A DNA stretch of 64,000 nucleotides from a bacterium. GTDB taxonomy: Bacteria > Bacteroidota > Bacteroidia > Bacteroidales > FEN-979. How positions within the stretch are numbered: the first letter of the stretch is position 1; each line of letters opens with the position of its first letter. The translations under genes and the position numbers were made by a program. Below, piece by piece: positions 16,771-26,542 of this stretch. The notes beneath the pieces are model-generated. The model made no database searches and was not told where the DNA came from. It worked only from the letters and a program-made list of their open reading frames with translations. Location of the stretch: assembly GCA_043806735.1 (NCBI GenBank), contig JAZDGR010000052.1, forward strand, positions 9,995 to 73,994, read 5' to 3'.

Positions 16771-19041
16771 ATGGGTTCAAAAGGGAAAGGAAAAGTTCCG
16801 GCCGGTAAGGTGAAAAAGTACATCTGGGGGTTCTGGATCACTTACCTGCTTGGGCTTTTGCTGGTTATTTTTATCTTTGTTTCCATCGGATACGGCCTTT
16901 TCGGGAAGATGCCCAGTTTCCGGGATCTAGAGAACCCGGAAAGCAACCTGGCGGCGGAGATTTTTTCGTCCGACGGAAAACTTCTCGGGAAATATTATGT
17001 TGAGAACCGGTCGAACATCCATTACCAGGATCTCTCCCCCAACGTGGTGAATGCCCTGATCGCCACCGAAGATGCACGGTTTGAGACCCATTCGGGCATC
17101 GATGTGAAAGCTACGGGGCGGATGTTTTTCGGCATCCTTTCCGGGGCCGACAAAGGAGGCGGAAGTACTATTACGCAGCAACTTGCCAAGAACCTTTTCC
17201 CCAGGAAGCCCCATTATTCAAAACTGGAATTGGGGGTGATGAAGCTTAAAGAATGGGTCACTGCCGTGAAGCTGGAGCGGAACTATTCAAAACAGGAGAT
17301 CCTGGCCATGTACTTGAATACCGTCGACTTCGGGAGCATGTCGTACGGCATTAAATCGGCAGCCAGGACCTATTTCAACAAAACTCCCGTCCAGCTTTAT
17401 GCCGAAGAAGCCGCTTTGCTGATCGGGATCCTGAAAGCCCCTTCCTTCTTCAGCCCCGTCAGGAATCCCGAGCGTGCCCTGGAACGGCGGAACATCGTTC
17501 TCCGCCAGATGGAGAAATACGGTTATCTAACCCGTATGGAGTACGATTCGATCAAGGAGGTTCCGATTGACATGACCAGTTACCGGATCCAGGACCATAC
17601 CAGCGGACTGGCAACCTATTTCCGGGAGTACCTACGGATGTACCTAACCGAATGGTGCGAGAGCCACCCCAAAGAGGATGGGACTCCCTATAGCCTGTAC
17701 CGCGACGGATTGAAGATCTACACTACCATCAACACCACCCTCCAGGAGTATGCTGAGGAGGCCGTGCGCGAATACCTCGGAAAAGAGCTGCAACCTTCAT
17801 TCTTCCGGCACTGGAAAGGGCAACCCAACGCCCCGTTTGTATTTGAGAACAATCCGCGCAAAGAGATCAACAGCCTTATGACATCGGCGATGCGGCGTAC
17901 CGACCGGTATTACCGTTTGAAGCAGGATAATTATTCTGACGAAGACATTTACCGGAATTTCCAGCAGCAGGTCTCCATGAAAGTCTTCTCCTGGAAAGGC
18001 CCGATCGACACCGTCATGACCCCCTGGGATTCGATCCGCTATTACAAATTCTTCCTCCAGGCAGGATTACTATCCATGGATCCGCACACGGGGTATATAA
18101 AAGCTTACGTGGGAGGGATCGACAACAAATATTTCCAGTATGATCATGTGATCCTGAGCAAACGGCAGGTGGGTTCCACGTTCAAGCCCTTCCTGTACAC
18201 ACTGGCCATTCAGGAAGGGGAAACCCCGTGTACAAAATACCCGAATATCCAGCCGGTCATCGAGCTGTGGAACGGCGATAAATGGGCCCCCGACAATGCT
18301 GATGAAGATCGTCGCGGCGAGGAGGTCACCCTGAAATGGGCCCTGGCGAACTCCAACAACTGGGTGAGCGGACATCTGATGAAGAAATACAGTCCGCAGG
18401 ATGTCATCACCATTGCCCGGAAGATGGGGGTCACCAGCGATATCCCGGCGGTCTATTCCATTGCCCTGGGATCGTGCGACCTCACATTGTACGAGATGAC
18501 GGGCGCTATGAGCACCTATGCCAACAAAGGCCAGTGGATCCAACCGATCTTTATCACCCGCATCGAAGACAAATATGGGAACGTCCTGGAGCAGTTTGTC
18601 CCCAGGCGACAGGAAGCCATCAGTGAAAAGACGTCTTACCTTATGATCGAGCTGCTGAAAGGGGTGGTGGAGAGCGGGACCAGCGTAAGGTTGAGATACA
18701 AATACGGATTTACCAATGAAATTGGCGGCAAGACCGGAACCACGCAAAACCAGAGCGACGGTTGGTTTATGGGGATCACGCCCGACCTGGTGACGGGTGT
18801 TTGGGTAGGTTGCGAAGACCGGGCGGCTCATTTCCGAACGATAGACTTAGGGCAGGGGGCCAACATGGCCCTCCCGATCTGGGCGATCTACATGAAGAAA
18901 GTATATGCCGACTCCACTACCACCGGGATTACGAAACGTGCGTTTGATCGTCCGGATTTCCCGGTCGATGTGACATTCAATTGCGACTCTCTGGCCAAGA
19001 TCAGGAAAAAGCCCGATAAGAATAAATTCGACGAGTTCTAA
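16771..19041 (+). CDS. penicillin-binding protein 1A (bifunctional transglycosylase / transpeptidase)
   Basis: 756 aa. GT51 motifs EDARFETHSGID and GGSTITQQLAKN. Transpeptidase motifs GSTFKP (SxxK), SNN and KTGTT. Confidence 0.92.
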   Translation: MGSKGKGKVPAGKVKKYIWGFWITYLLGLLLVIFIFVSIGYGLFGKMPSFRDLENPESNLAAEIFSSDGKLLGKYYVENRSNIHYQDLSPNVVNALIATEDARFETHSGIDVKATGRMFFGILSGADKGGGSTITQQLAKNLFPRKPHYSKLELGVMKLKEWVTAVKLERNYSKQEILAMYLNTVDFGSMSYGIKSAARTYFNKTPVQLYAEEAALLIGILKAPSFFSPVRNPERALERRNIVLRQMEKYGYLTRMEYDSIKEVPIDMTSYRIQDHTSGLATYFREYLRMYLTEWCESHPKEDGTPYSLYRDGLKIYTTINTTLQEYAEEAVREYLGKELQPSFFRHWKGQPNAPFVFENNPRKEINSLMTSAMRRTDRYYRLKQDNYSDEDIYRNFQQQVSMKVFSWKGPIDTVMTPWDSIRYYKFFLQAGLLSMDPHTGYIKAYVGGIDNKYFQYDHVILSKRQVGSTFKPFLYTLAIQEGETPCTKYPNIQPVIELWNGDKWAPDNADEDRRGEEVTLKWALANSNNWVSGHLMKKYSPQDVITIARKMGVTSDIPAVYSIALGSCDLTLYEMTGAMSTYANKGQWIQPIFITRIEDKYGNVLEQFVPRRQEAISEKTSYLMIELLKGVVESGTSVRLRYKYGFTNEIGGKTGTTQNQSDGWFMGITPDLVTGVWVGCEDRAAHFRTIDLGQGANMALPIWAIYMKKVYADSTTTGITKRAFDRPDFPVDVTFNCDSLAKIRKKPDKNKFDEF

Positions 19042-20189
19042 TTGTCGAGAACTTTGGTCGTTTCCTTGTAATTCACCCCTCTCTCTTTCAGCCCTTTCAG
19101 CAGGAAGTTTACACATTCAGGACGCTTTCCGAGGAACTCAGGAACGGTGATCCCCTTGTGATCATAGATCCCTTCGGCGATCATACGGAGGGCGACCGTA
19201 GCGGTATATCCGGTTGTCCGGGCCATGGAATGGACCCGGGTAACCGGGTCGTACGTATCGAACAGATCGTAAACGTACCTCAACCGTTTCCTTTCCTTCT
19301 TCCCTTCCACAACCACTTTCATGATGGTGATGTCCACCTCTCCCTCCTTCAGCTTCCATTTCGGGAACAGCAACCGGGCAGTTACATCGATAGGACGGAT
19401 CATTTTTCCGTTGATCTCCAGGATCTCCTGGCTAAAAAACCCGGTTTCGCGAAGAAGCCGCATCTTCTCAATATGCCCGGGATAACGAAGGGTTTTTTCC
19501 CTCATATTGGGACACTTTATGGTGTGTACAAGCGAGCGCAGGCCGTCGGTATTAAACGCTTCCAGCGTACCGATTCCCGGGAAGTTGAGCAGTTCGGCGT
19601 CGGAAAGAGCCGGCCTCACGACCGGTTTGCCGTTTTCGATAAAGCGGGCCGGCCGGGTATATTCTTCAATTATATCCAGCGGGGAGAAGACGGCCTTGTA
19701 CTCATAGGGCCATTCCCTCACCTGGGGCAGTCCACCCACATAATAAATGATTTTCTCGGTTTCGTCGAGGAGGTGATCCACGTATCCGATCAGCACGTTG
19801 CACATGCCGGGGGCGACCCCGCAATCCATGATGGCGGTGACATTTTTCTTCCGGGCAAGGTCTTCGAGGGCAAACGGATCTTCGATGAAAAACGCAATAT
19901 CAACCACATTTTTCCCGGCTTCAATGACGGCCTTGAGGGTTTGAAATCCCATGAAACCGGGGACGGCATTGAGTACCAGATCATAGCTGGCCACCAGCCG
20001 GGTGACCTCTTCCGGGAAACTGAGATTCATCTGGATGGGTTTGACAGAGCTTCCCTCCGTGACCTTCTGCAAGGTCTCTTTATTGATATCGACAACCGAC
20101 ACCTGAAAATCAGGGTCTTTAGCCAGGTCCAGGGCCATTGGCCCTCCGACCAGTCCGGCGCCGAGAATGATGATCTTTTTCGTGCTCAT
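19038..20189 (-). CDS. saccharopine dehydrogenase family oxidoreductase
   Basis: 383 aa. N-terminal Rossmann motif KIIILGAGLVGGPMALDL, and length and C-terminal domain typical of the saccharopine DH family. Only 29 nt downstream of the LtaS-like gene, on the same strand. Confidence 0.65.
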   Translation of the reverse strand: MSTKKIIILGAGLVGGPMALDLAKDPDFQVSVVDINKETLQKVTEGSSVKPIQMNLSFPEEVTRLVASYDLVLNAVPGFMGFQTLKAVIEAGKNVVDIAFFIEDPFALEDLARKKNVTAIMDCGVAPGMCNVLIGYVDHLLDETEKIIYYVGGLPQVREWPYEYKAVFSPLDIIEEYTRPARFIENGKPVVRPALSDAELLNFPGIGTLEAFNTDGLRSLVHTIKCPNMREKTLRYPGHIEKMRLLRETGFFSQEILEINGKMIRPIDVTARLLFPKWKLKEGEVDITIMKVVVEGKKERKRLRYVYDLFDTYDPVTRVHSMARTTGYTATVALRMIAEGIYDHKGITVPEFLGKRPECVNFLLKGLKERGVNYKETTKVLDN

Positions 20190-20218
20190 TTTGTAAAAGT
20201 TTGAGTCAGAGTAAGCGG

Positions 20219-22678
20219 TTAATGAGCGGTAAATCCCGAGATCTTAACCGAAAGTGTATCCATTTTTACGGGTATTTTCTGTTTGTTCCACAAGTATAGT
20301 TTCATAAATTTTGAACTTAACCCCTCAACCCGGCTTACATCAAAAAGCTCTCTCATCCGGATCGTATCCCACGACTCACCGGATCCATCTGGTATGTTTG
20401 TTCTGTTTAGGTCGAACGAAAGATAAAGATGCTGGGCATAGGTGGAATCCACTATCTCCACTACCAGTTTGGGAAGAGTGGCGGCGTCTTGCGGATCCGC
20501 TTTGACATTCAGGTTCATCTCCAGATATATATATTTGAAGTCCTGGTCAAAATCAACCGGCTTACTAATCCCGATAAATTCCGCGTTAGTCGGAAAATCA
20601 TGGTATCTGTAAACAGAAGAAAGGGGAATGGGATGCTGTTTGGAATCATTTCCGATGTATTTGCCAAGTGGAACCAATGCGTTGCAATCGGCAATGTGGC
20701 GGCTCAAGGTAAGATAATTTTCATGTTCTTTCTTCAGTTCAGCCAGCATGGCGCTGTTTTCCGTTTCCTTGAAGCTGAATCCCTCTTCTTTAACATACAG
20801 CTTTGAGTAGGAGAGGAAATAGTTATTCCGGAGGTAATCCACTTCTTCTTTATTATTCAGCACGAAGGAGAGCGCATGTTTGTTGCCGGAAGTGGATGAG
20901 ACATCGATCCCGCTTCCCAGCCAGTGGCAATAGGGATTCGTATGGATCCCGTAAGCGGGCCTGAGCAGCGCAAGGAATGAGGGTGTGATGTCAAGATGCG
21001 AAGAAACAGCATCAAAACTGGCTGCCTGGTTCAACATGGGGGAATAAATGATCAGGGGTACATGGTACTTTTCCGCCGGAGTAACCCAGGAGGTATGGAG
21101 TTCAGGCATTGCGTGGTCTCCGGTGATCAGAAAAATCGTGTTCCCGAAGCCGGGCCGTTGCCGGTATTTATCGAAAAATCTCCGAAGCATGTCATCGGTG
21201 TACAAAATGGTGGAAAATATGTGGCTCAGCTTCTCTATCATTCCCTTTCGTCTATCTTCCGGGGGCATCCTGTCAAGGATTTTTTTCAGCCGGGCAAGGT
21301 ATTGATCTTTATTTGGGGGGATAAAGGGAGCATGCATCGAAAGAGTCAGGTAGATATCCAACCGGGGGGATTTCTGAAGAGAATCCAGGATTTCCAAAGA
21401 TCGCTCAAAGAGTTCTCCATCAGGGTAACCCCAGCGGAACCAATCATCGTAGATGACGTCGTTTTCATGTTCCTTCCCGAATGTCTTCAGCACAAACTCC
21501 ACACCTTCATCTACAAGGAATCCTTCGTAATTTGTGAATTTCGGATCGCCTCCGTAAAAGAAACTCGGGTAATAACCATTGTCCTTGAGATAACGGATCA
21601 TAGAGAAGTGTATCGGGGCCTCTTTTCCTGATTCAATGAACACCCCTTTGCTATATGGAAGAGAGGCAAAAACTGCAGGAAAGACATTGAAGGTTCTTTC
21701 CGAGGTGGCCAGGAAATTGTTCCAGTAAAGACTTTTGGAAATCAAGGAATCAAGAAAAGGCATAAAGCTCCCGAAATAAGGGTTCGTGCCGCAGAAGGTA
21801 GGGGTCAAAGATTCAACGATGAAGAAAACCAGGTTTGGTTTTTGCTCATTCAGGTTAAAAAAACGACCCAGTGCATCATAGGTATTATCCATCCTGAGAA
21901 AGGGGTAGGCCGGATCCAGGTATATGAACCGCTGATTGTTTTTTTGATATTCCCGTGCGATTTCCAGGATCCGGGGATCAGACAACCGGGTAGTTCTAAA
22001 CACAGCTGCGTTGGACAAACCCGAATTGCCGGCATTTTCCAGGTAAAATTGAAACACTTTTTTACCTGCGTAATGGAGCTTGTTCTCCACCAGGTAATAA
22101 TCAAATTCCTTAAGGTAATTATGCCGCGAAGGGGTTGTTACGGCGACCAGCACAGGAGATAAAATAAGCAGAATACCTGTAAGGATGAGTGTTGCCCGGC
22201 CGGCTTTCCGTTTTCTGAAAATGCGCAGGAGGATCAAAGGGATGGCAATGATCAGCACATAAACTACCATTCCCCCTATATCAACACGGGTGGAACTGAT
22301 TACTATACTAATGATCTCATCCCAGGAATAGGAGAAGATGACCTGGTCAAGGGGAATAAGGGTGATAGTAAAATACTTGATCGCCGAGAAAGACAGGATA
22401 AAAACAAGCAGCATGAGGACACTAAAGAAAGCAGCGGCTATCGTTTTCTTCCACATCCCGATCGCAAGGTAGGGGAATAGCAGGATCAGAGAGCAGGTGA
22501 AAAAAAGAAGGTAATCGTTGCCCAGTCCGGCCAGTTCCAGTCCCCATGTCCGGGGCGGAAGCTGATAAAGCGAAGTAAGGCTGTTCAGTTCGTAGATCCG
22601 GAAGAGAAGCGGTAAGGGGAGAAACGCAATAAGCAGGATACTATAATGTTGAAGCAGGGATAACAGTTTCTCTTTCAT
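20219..22678 (-). CDS. LtaS/OpgB-like membrane-anchored sulfatase-fold (phosphoglycerol/alkaline-phosphatase superfamily) transferase with C-terminal CBM-like module
   Basis: 819 aa. About 5-6 N-terminal TM helices are followed by the sulfatase-fold blocks NLVFFIVESLTPTF and IFLITGDHAMPE. The C-terminal ~150 aa end in KLYLWNKQKIPVKMDTL. Confidence 0.7.
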   Translation of the reverse strand: MKEKLLSLLQHYSILLIAFLPLPLLFRIYELNSLTSLYQLPPRTWGLELAGLGNDYLLFFTCSLILLFPYLAIGMWKKTIAAAFFSVLMLLVFILSFSAIKYFTITLIPLDQVIFSYSWDEIISIVISSTRVDIGGMVVYVLIIAIPLILLRIFRKRKAGRATLILTGILLILSPVLVAVTTPSRHNYLKEFDYYLVENKLHYAGKKVFQFYLENAGNSGLSNAAVFRTTRLSDPRILEIAREYQKNNQRFIYLDPAYPFLRMDNTYDALGRFFNLNEQKPNLVFFIVESLTPTFCGTNPYFGSFMPFLDSLISKSLYWNNFLATSERTFNVFPAVFASLPYSKGVFIESGKEAPIHFSMIRYLKDNGYYPSFFYGGDPKFTNYEGFLVDEGVEFVLKTFGKEHENDVIYDDWFRWGYPDGELFERSLEILDSLQKSPRLDIYLTLSMHAPFIPPNKDQYLARLKKILDRMPPEDRRKGMIEKLSHIFSTILYTDDMLRRFFDKYRQRPGFGNTIFLITGDHAMPELHTSWVTPAEKYHVPLIIYSPMLNQAASFDAVSSHLDITPSFLALLRPAYGIHTNPYCHWLGSGIDVSSTSGNKHALSFVLNNKEEVDYLRNNYFLSYSKLYVKEEGFSFKETENSAMLAELKKEHENYLTLSRHIADCNALVPLGKYIGNDSKQHPIPLSSVYRYHDFPTNAEFIGISKPVDFDQDFKYIYLEMNLNVKADPQDAATLPKLVVEIVDSTYAQHLYLSFDLNRTNIPDGSGESWDTIRMRELFDVSRVEGLSSKFMKLYLWNKQKIPVKMDTLSVKISGFTAH

Positions 22679-22685
22679 TGAATGT

Positions 22686-24653
22686 CTATTCGATCGTCAC
22701 TTCGTAGATCTCCCCGATGATGTTGTTTTTCGGAAATGGAATGTTGTCCTGGGAAAACATCGACCCTACCCACCAGCGGGTGTTGTGGAATTCCTGGGAA
22801 ATGATCAGCAGCATCTGGTTATTCGGGATCGATGTGATGGTGTAATCTACATACCCGACTATGCGAAGTTGATCCTTTTCGGGTCCGATCCGCCAGATGA
22901 TCCGGTCGGGTTCCCAGTCGATCTGGAAATAATAGTAGGGTCTGCCGAAAAGCTCATCATCCAGTTCCGGCACTTTTGAAGTAATCGCACGGTAATTCAT
23001 ATCCCACTTGTGCTGCCAGAAAACCTGCCCGGCAAACACAATCGGACTGCAGCCGCCGGCATAGTGCATTGGGTCCTGGCATGCCATATCCCAGTTGGTA
23101 CAGGTCACCAAAATCTTGTCGTTCATCTCTTCCACCTCTTCCGGCATGGCCACGTTCCAGTTCGCGATGTTGTGTTGGTCGATCAGTCCCTGGTTATAGG
23201 CAGGAGGCAAAACATAACCCGGACAGTACTTAACGGTTTTCAGGATCTCAAAATCAATTTCAGAATACCCTACGTTTTTTACCCGTTTATCTATATCACC
23301 CCCGTAGTAGTTGGCAAAATACCCGGCGTTGTTGCAATCCCGCCTGAAATTCCATTCCGCCAGATTCTGGGTGATCAGCCAGATCGCATTAGTCAACCCG
23401 TTCCATACATAGTTCCGGTTCAGGAGTTCGGTCAGTTTGGCTTTCACTGTCCATTTCCCGTAAGTAAAGCCGTGCCGTGTGATGACCCCCACATTCTGTT
23501 TTTCCCACTTGCCAAATTCGGTCCCCGGATTTTTAATAATGATCTTATGCTCGTCCGCATCCGAAATTACTGTTTCACATGGCCGCTTGCTGGTGGTAGC
23601 CGTGATCGACACCATTTCTTCCTTCCGGTAAAATCGTTTGTTCCAGTTATATTCCATCATTGAATAATTGTCCTTCAGCACGTCGGCAACCACGGGAATG
23701 TTGCTGTATTTGGTTGTGGGATCAATGTAATGGACAAACTGCTCAAAGGCAGCCAGGTTATTCAGTCGGGGATTGTCGCCGCAGTTGGAATTAAAGTACT
23801 TGCCGTATTTATCCGCCGGATAGGCCCCCGGGTGAATGTAAATGCCAGCTCCCGGATCAGGCTTAGCCACGACCTTCAGGTGATAAGGGAACAGGGTGAC
23901 GACCGTATTCGGCAGCCGTTTCCCCTCCCCGTAAAGAAAATAGAAATAGGGATTCAAAAAGGAGCTGTCGGCCGGAAGGCTGATATTTTGGATCCACTCG
24001 GGGATTGTCTTCTTTTCCACGTTCCCGGAAGTGGTCACGGCAAGGAGGAAGCTGTACTCTCCCACACGCGGGTTCCGCTTCCATCGATCGTTATTGCCAT
24101 TCGAATAGTACCGTTGTTCATCCCGCGGGTTTCCGACAATCCGGAATTGATCCGCTACGCGGTAGAACTTGCCGTCGGCCGGAATCTCAACCGTGAGGGC
24201 GAATGTTTTGGCAACATCTTCCCAGCTTCCGTAGAAGTTCTCCCAAGCCAGGATATTGAGCCTGGTTACATCGGCCGTGTCGCGTTCGGGGAATTTGTAA
24301 GACTCGTTCTGGTAATAGATTTTATAGGCGAAGCGCTGGGGTTGAACACCCGTATTCCGGATGGTAAACTCCATGTGGAACAATCCGTTTTCCGTCTGGC
24401 GTACCGAGGGAATGACAAACCCCTTTTCCCTGGCATCAGTGTAATCAAGGACGATCAGCTTTTTGCAGAAAGGATCGTCGGTCTCTTTTCCGGCTGAATC
24501 GGTTTTCCAGTTGACTAGTGGATTGAAATCCCTGATGGCAAACTGATCGGAGATCACTTCTTGCCTTTCCGGAGCGCGGTTACACCCGGCTGTGAAAAAC
24601 AGGAAAGCGAACCCAAAGAGGCAACCTATCGTTTGTTTCTGTGAAAACATCAT
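22686..24653 (-). CDS. lipoprotein with C-terminal GH16-like (ExDxE) domain
   Basis: 655 aa. It has a signal peptide with lipobox FFTAGC and the GH16-type catalytic motif in GYSEIDFEILK. The N-terminal half is of unknown fold. Confidence 0.55.
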   Translation of the reverse strand: MMFSQKQTIGCLFGFAFLFFTAGCNRAPERQEVISDQFAIRDFNPLVNWKTDSAGKETDDPFCKKLIVLDYTDAREKGFVIPSVRQTENGLFHMEFTIRNTGVQPQRFAYKIYYQNESYKFPERDTADVTRLNILAWENFYGSWEDVAKTFALTVEIPADGKFYRVADQFRIVGNPRDEQRYYSNGNNDRWKRNPRVGEYSFLLAVTTSGNVEKKTIPEWIQNISLPADSSFLNPYFYFLYGEGKRLPNTVVTLFPYHLKVVAKPDPGAGIYIHPGAYPADKYGKYFNSNCGDNPRLNNLAAFEQFVHYIDPTTKYSNIPVVADVLKDNYSMMEYNWNKRFYRKEEMVSITATTSKRPCETVISDADEHKIIIKNPGTEFGKWEKQNVGVITRHGFTYGKWTVKAKLTELLNRNYVWNGLTNAIWLITQNLAEWNFRRDCNNAGYFANYYGGDIDKRVKNVGYSEIDFEILKTVKYCPGYVLPPAYNQGLIDQHNIANWNVAMPEEVEEMNDKILVTCTNWDMACQDPMHYAGGCSPIVFAGQVFWQHKWDMNYRAITSKVPELDDELFGRPYYYFQIDWEPDRIIWRIGPEKDQLRIVGYVDYTITSIPNNQMLLIISQEFHNTRWWVGSMFSQDNIPFPKNNIIGEIYEVTIE

Positions 24654-24655
24654 CC

Positions 24656-26533
24656 TTATTTTTGTGTTTGTAACGAATAGATCTGAAGGGTATTTGGCAA
24701 GGCCGGCAGTTCTTCATAGGTCTGGCAGTCTCCACCCTTGTAATTGTTATCCTTGCAGTTCCGGGCAATGACCAGGACCGACGTAACCGCGGGATCGATC
24801 CAGTTCCCCGTAAATAGCTTCAGGATCTCATAATATTTGGGATTCTGATCCCCGGTAAACCCGGTGAAATCGACATTCTCCAGCGCCTGGAAAGTGGTAT
24901 CGTTAAAGCGGATCTCTTTCAGGTCGAATCGCCAATCGCGGTTGTACCTCAGAAAGGCAAGCCGGCCTTTGGCAAACGTAACCTGGAAAAGGGGATCGCC
25001 CGGTTTCAGGGTATCCAGTCCGATAGTTACTCCTTCATTCCCCTGCCGGCCCTGGTGAGGCGGTAGGAATTTCTTGTTGGGAATGTCATACCTGAGCAAC
25101 GAATATCCCAGTTTTCCTGATTTTTTATCCTGGAAGGTCGTCAGCAAGATATTTTGGTCGAACCGGGAAAGGTATTTTCCGGCAGAGATCCGGAAAAGGT
25201 TCAGGTCGGGGTTCCACTCCCTGACTGGGTATTCTTCGCCTGTAGCAAGAGGTGTCCATCTTCCCCCATCCGGGCCGCCCGGAGTAAACCGTAACAGCTT
25301 CCAGGATCCCTCCTTGTCGAACAAAATCAGTTCAGTCAGCCTGTCGCCATTGAGGTCGCCGCAGGCCGGCGGTTTGTCTTCCCGGAGCGTGACCTCTTCC
25401 AAGGTCAATCCGGAGGATCTCCACAATAGCTTTACCCTGGCCTGTATTCCGTTCCGGGAAGCACAGGGAGCTCCGGTTTTTTCGATTCCGAGCAGCGCCA
25501 TGCCCTCGGGGCCGGTTACCAGTAATTGGTCGTTGGTGGAAGGGAGAAACCTCCCTTTTTCCCATGCATAGCCCTGGAGAAGCGGATAGATGTCGGCCGG
25601 ACAATCCAGCGGCACCTGTTCAAAAACTTGCCGATCGGGACAGTAATGATAGAGCTCGGGCTTTCCACCGGGTTTAATCACCAGCATGGACTCCGTTCCG
25701 CCGTAAGGAGTTAAAAAGTTTGCGGAGAGTACTTTGTCGGCGGGGGTAATTTCCCCGCTGTTCGTCTCTCCCTGCGTGATCAGGAATACCTTATTTCCGT
25801 TATGGATATCCTCTTTTTGCAGGTAAATGGTATGGAACGGAGGGGCGTTGAAGCCAGCAGGGCCAGGTTCTCCCTTCGTCATATCTATCCGAGCCGAATC
25901 CCCGATCCGTTCCCTGGGAGCTCCGAACACAAAATAGAAGTCATCGACCAGGATATCGGTGTTGCTGTTATTCCAGAAGTAAAGCTGGACCTGGTCATCG
26001 GAACGCAACCTGACATCCGAAAGATCAAAGTAGGCGCTGATTTTCGTCCACTGTTCAACCGGGATCAGCGGGCCGTTGAAATGCACCCCTTTCCAGCAGA
26101 TATTCACCCCAACCGAATTGTTTACCGCGAAGACGAGGGAGCCGTTAATCTCGTTGTCGGTCGGAAACACGTAGACCGAGGCGCTCATAGCCACTCCGTT
26201 GAGGTTCGCGAGGCCAATTTCTCCGGTCGATCGAACCACGCTCACCGAGAAGCTGTTCTTCCCGAAAGCTTTCGCCGAATATTCCCCCGAATGGGCGATT
26301 CCCTTGTAGATCCCGTTCGGGACATCCTGACCGGGAGCTACTTCAAAATCGAAGCTGAGGGCGTTCGGGGCGGGGGTCCGCAGTATATCACTCCGGATAA
26401 ACGCGGTCTCATTCGAGGTGGGGATTTTCATGATCTTATGCCATGGGGCGTACCGGAATACCAGGTAAGCCATGATGGCTATGAAAATGACGGCTGCTCC
26501 GATAATGAACAGCAGTTTCTTTCTTATTTTCAT
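24656..26533 (-). CDS. N-terminally membrane-anchored protein: CBM-like module + FG-GAP/beta-propeller-like region
   Basis: 625 aa. One TM helix (FIIGAAVIFIAIMAYLVF) is followed by a module ending in QLYFWNNSNTDILVDDFYFVF, then an FG-GAP-like Ca-loop CGDLNGDRLTELILFD. Confidence 0.5.
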   Translation of the reverse strand: MKIRKKLLFIIGAAVIFIAIMAYLVFRYAPWHKIMKIPTSNETAFIRSDILRTPAPNALSFDFEVAPGQDVPNGIYKGIAHSGEYSAKAFGKNSFSVSVVRSTGEIGLANLNGVAMSASVYVFPTDNEINGSLVFAVNNSVGVNICWKGVHFNGPLIPVEQWTKISAYFDLSDVRLRSDDQVQLYFWNNSNTDILVDDFYFVFGAPRERIGDSARIDMTKGEPGPAGFNAPPFHTIYLQKEDIHNGNKVFLITQGETNSGEITPADKVLSANFLTPYGGTESMLVIKPGGKPELYHYCPDRQVFEQVPLDCPADIYPLLQGYAWEKGRFLPSTNDQLLVTGPEGMALLGIEKTGAPCASRNGIQARVKLLWRSSGLTLEEVTLREDKPPACGDLNGDRLTELILFDKEGSWKLLRFTPGGPDGGRWTPLATGEEYPVREWNPDLNLFRISAGKYLSRFDQNILLTTFQDKKSGKLGYSLLRYDIPNKKFLPPHQGRQGNEGVTIGLDTLKPGDPLFQVTFAKGRLAFLRYNRDWRFDLKEIRFNDTTFQALENVDFTGFTGDQNPKYYEILKLFTGNWIDPAVTSVLVIARNCKDNNYKGGDCQTYEELPALPNTLQIYSLQTQK

Positions 26534-26542
26534 GGAACCGGA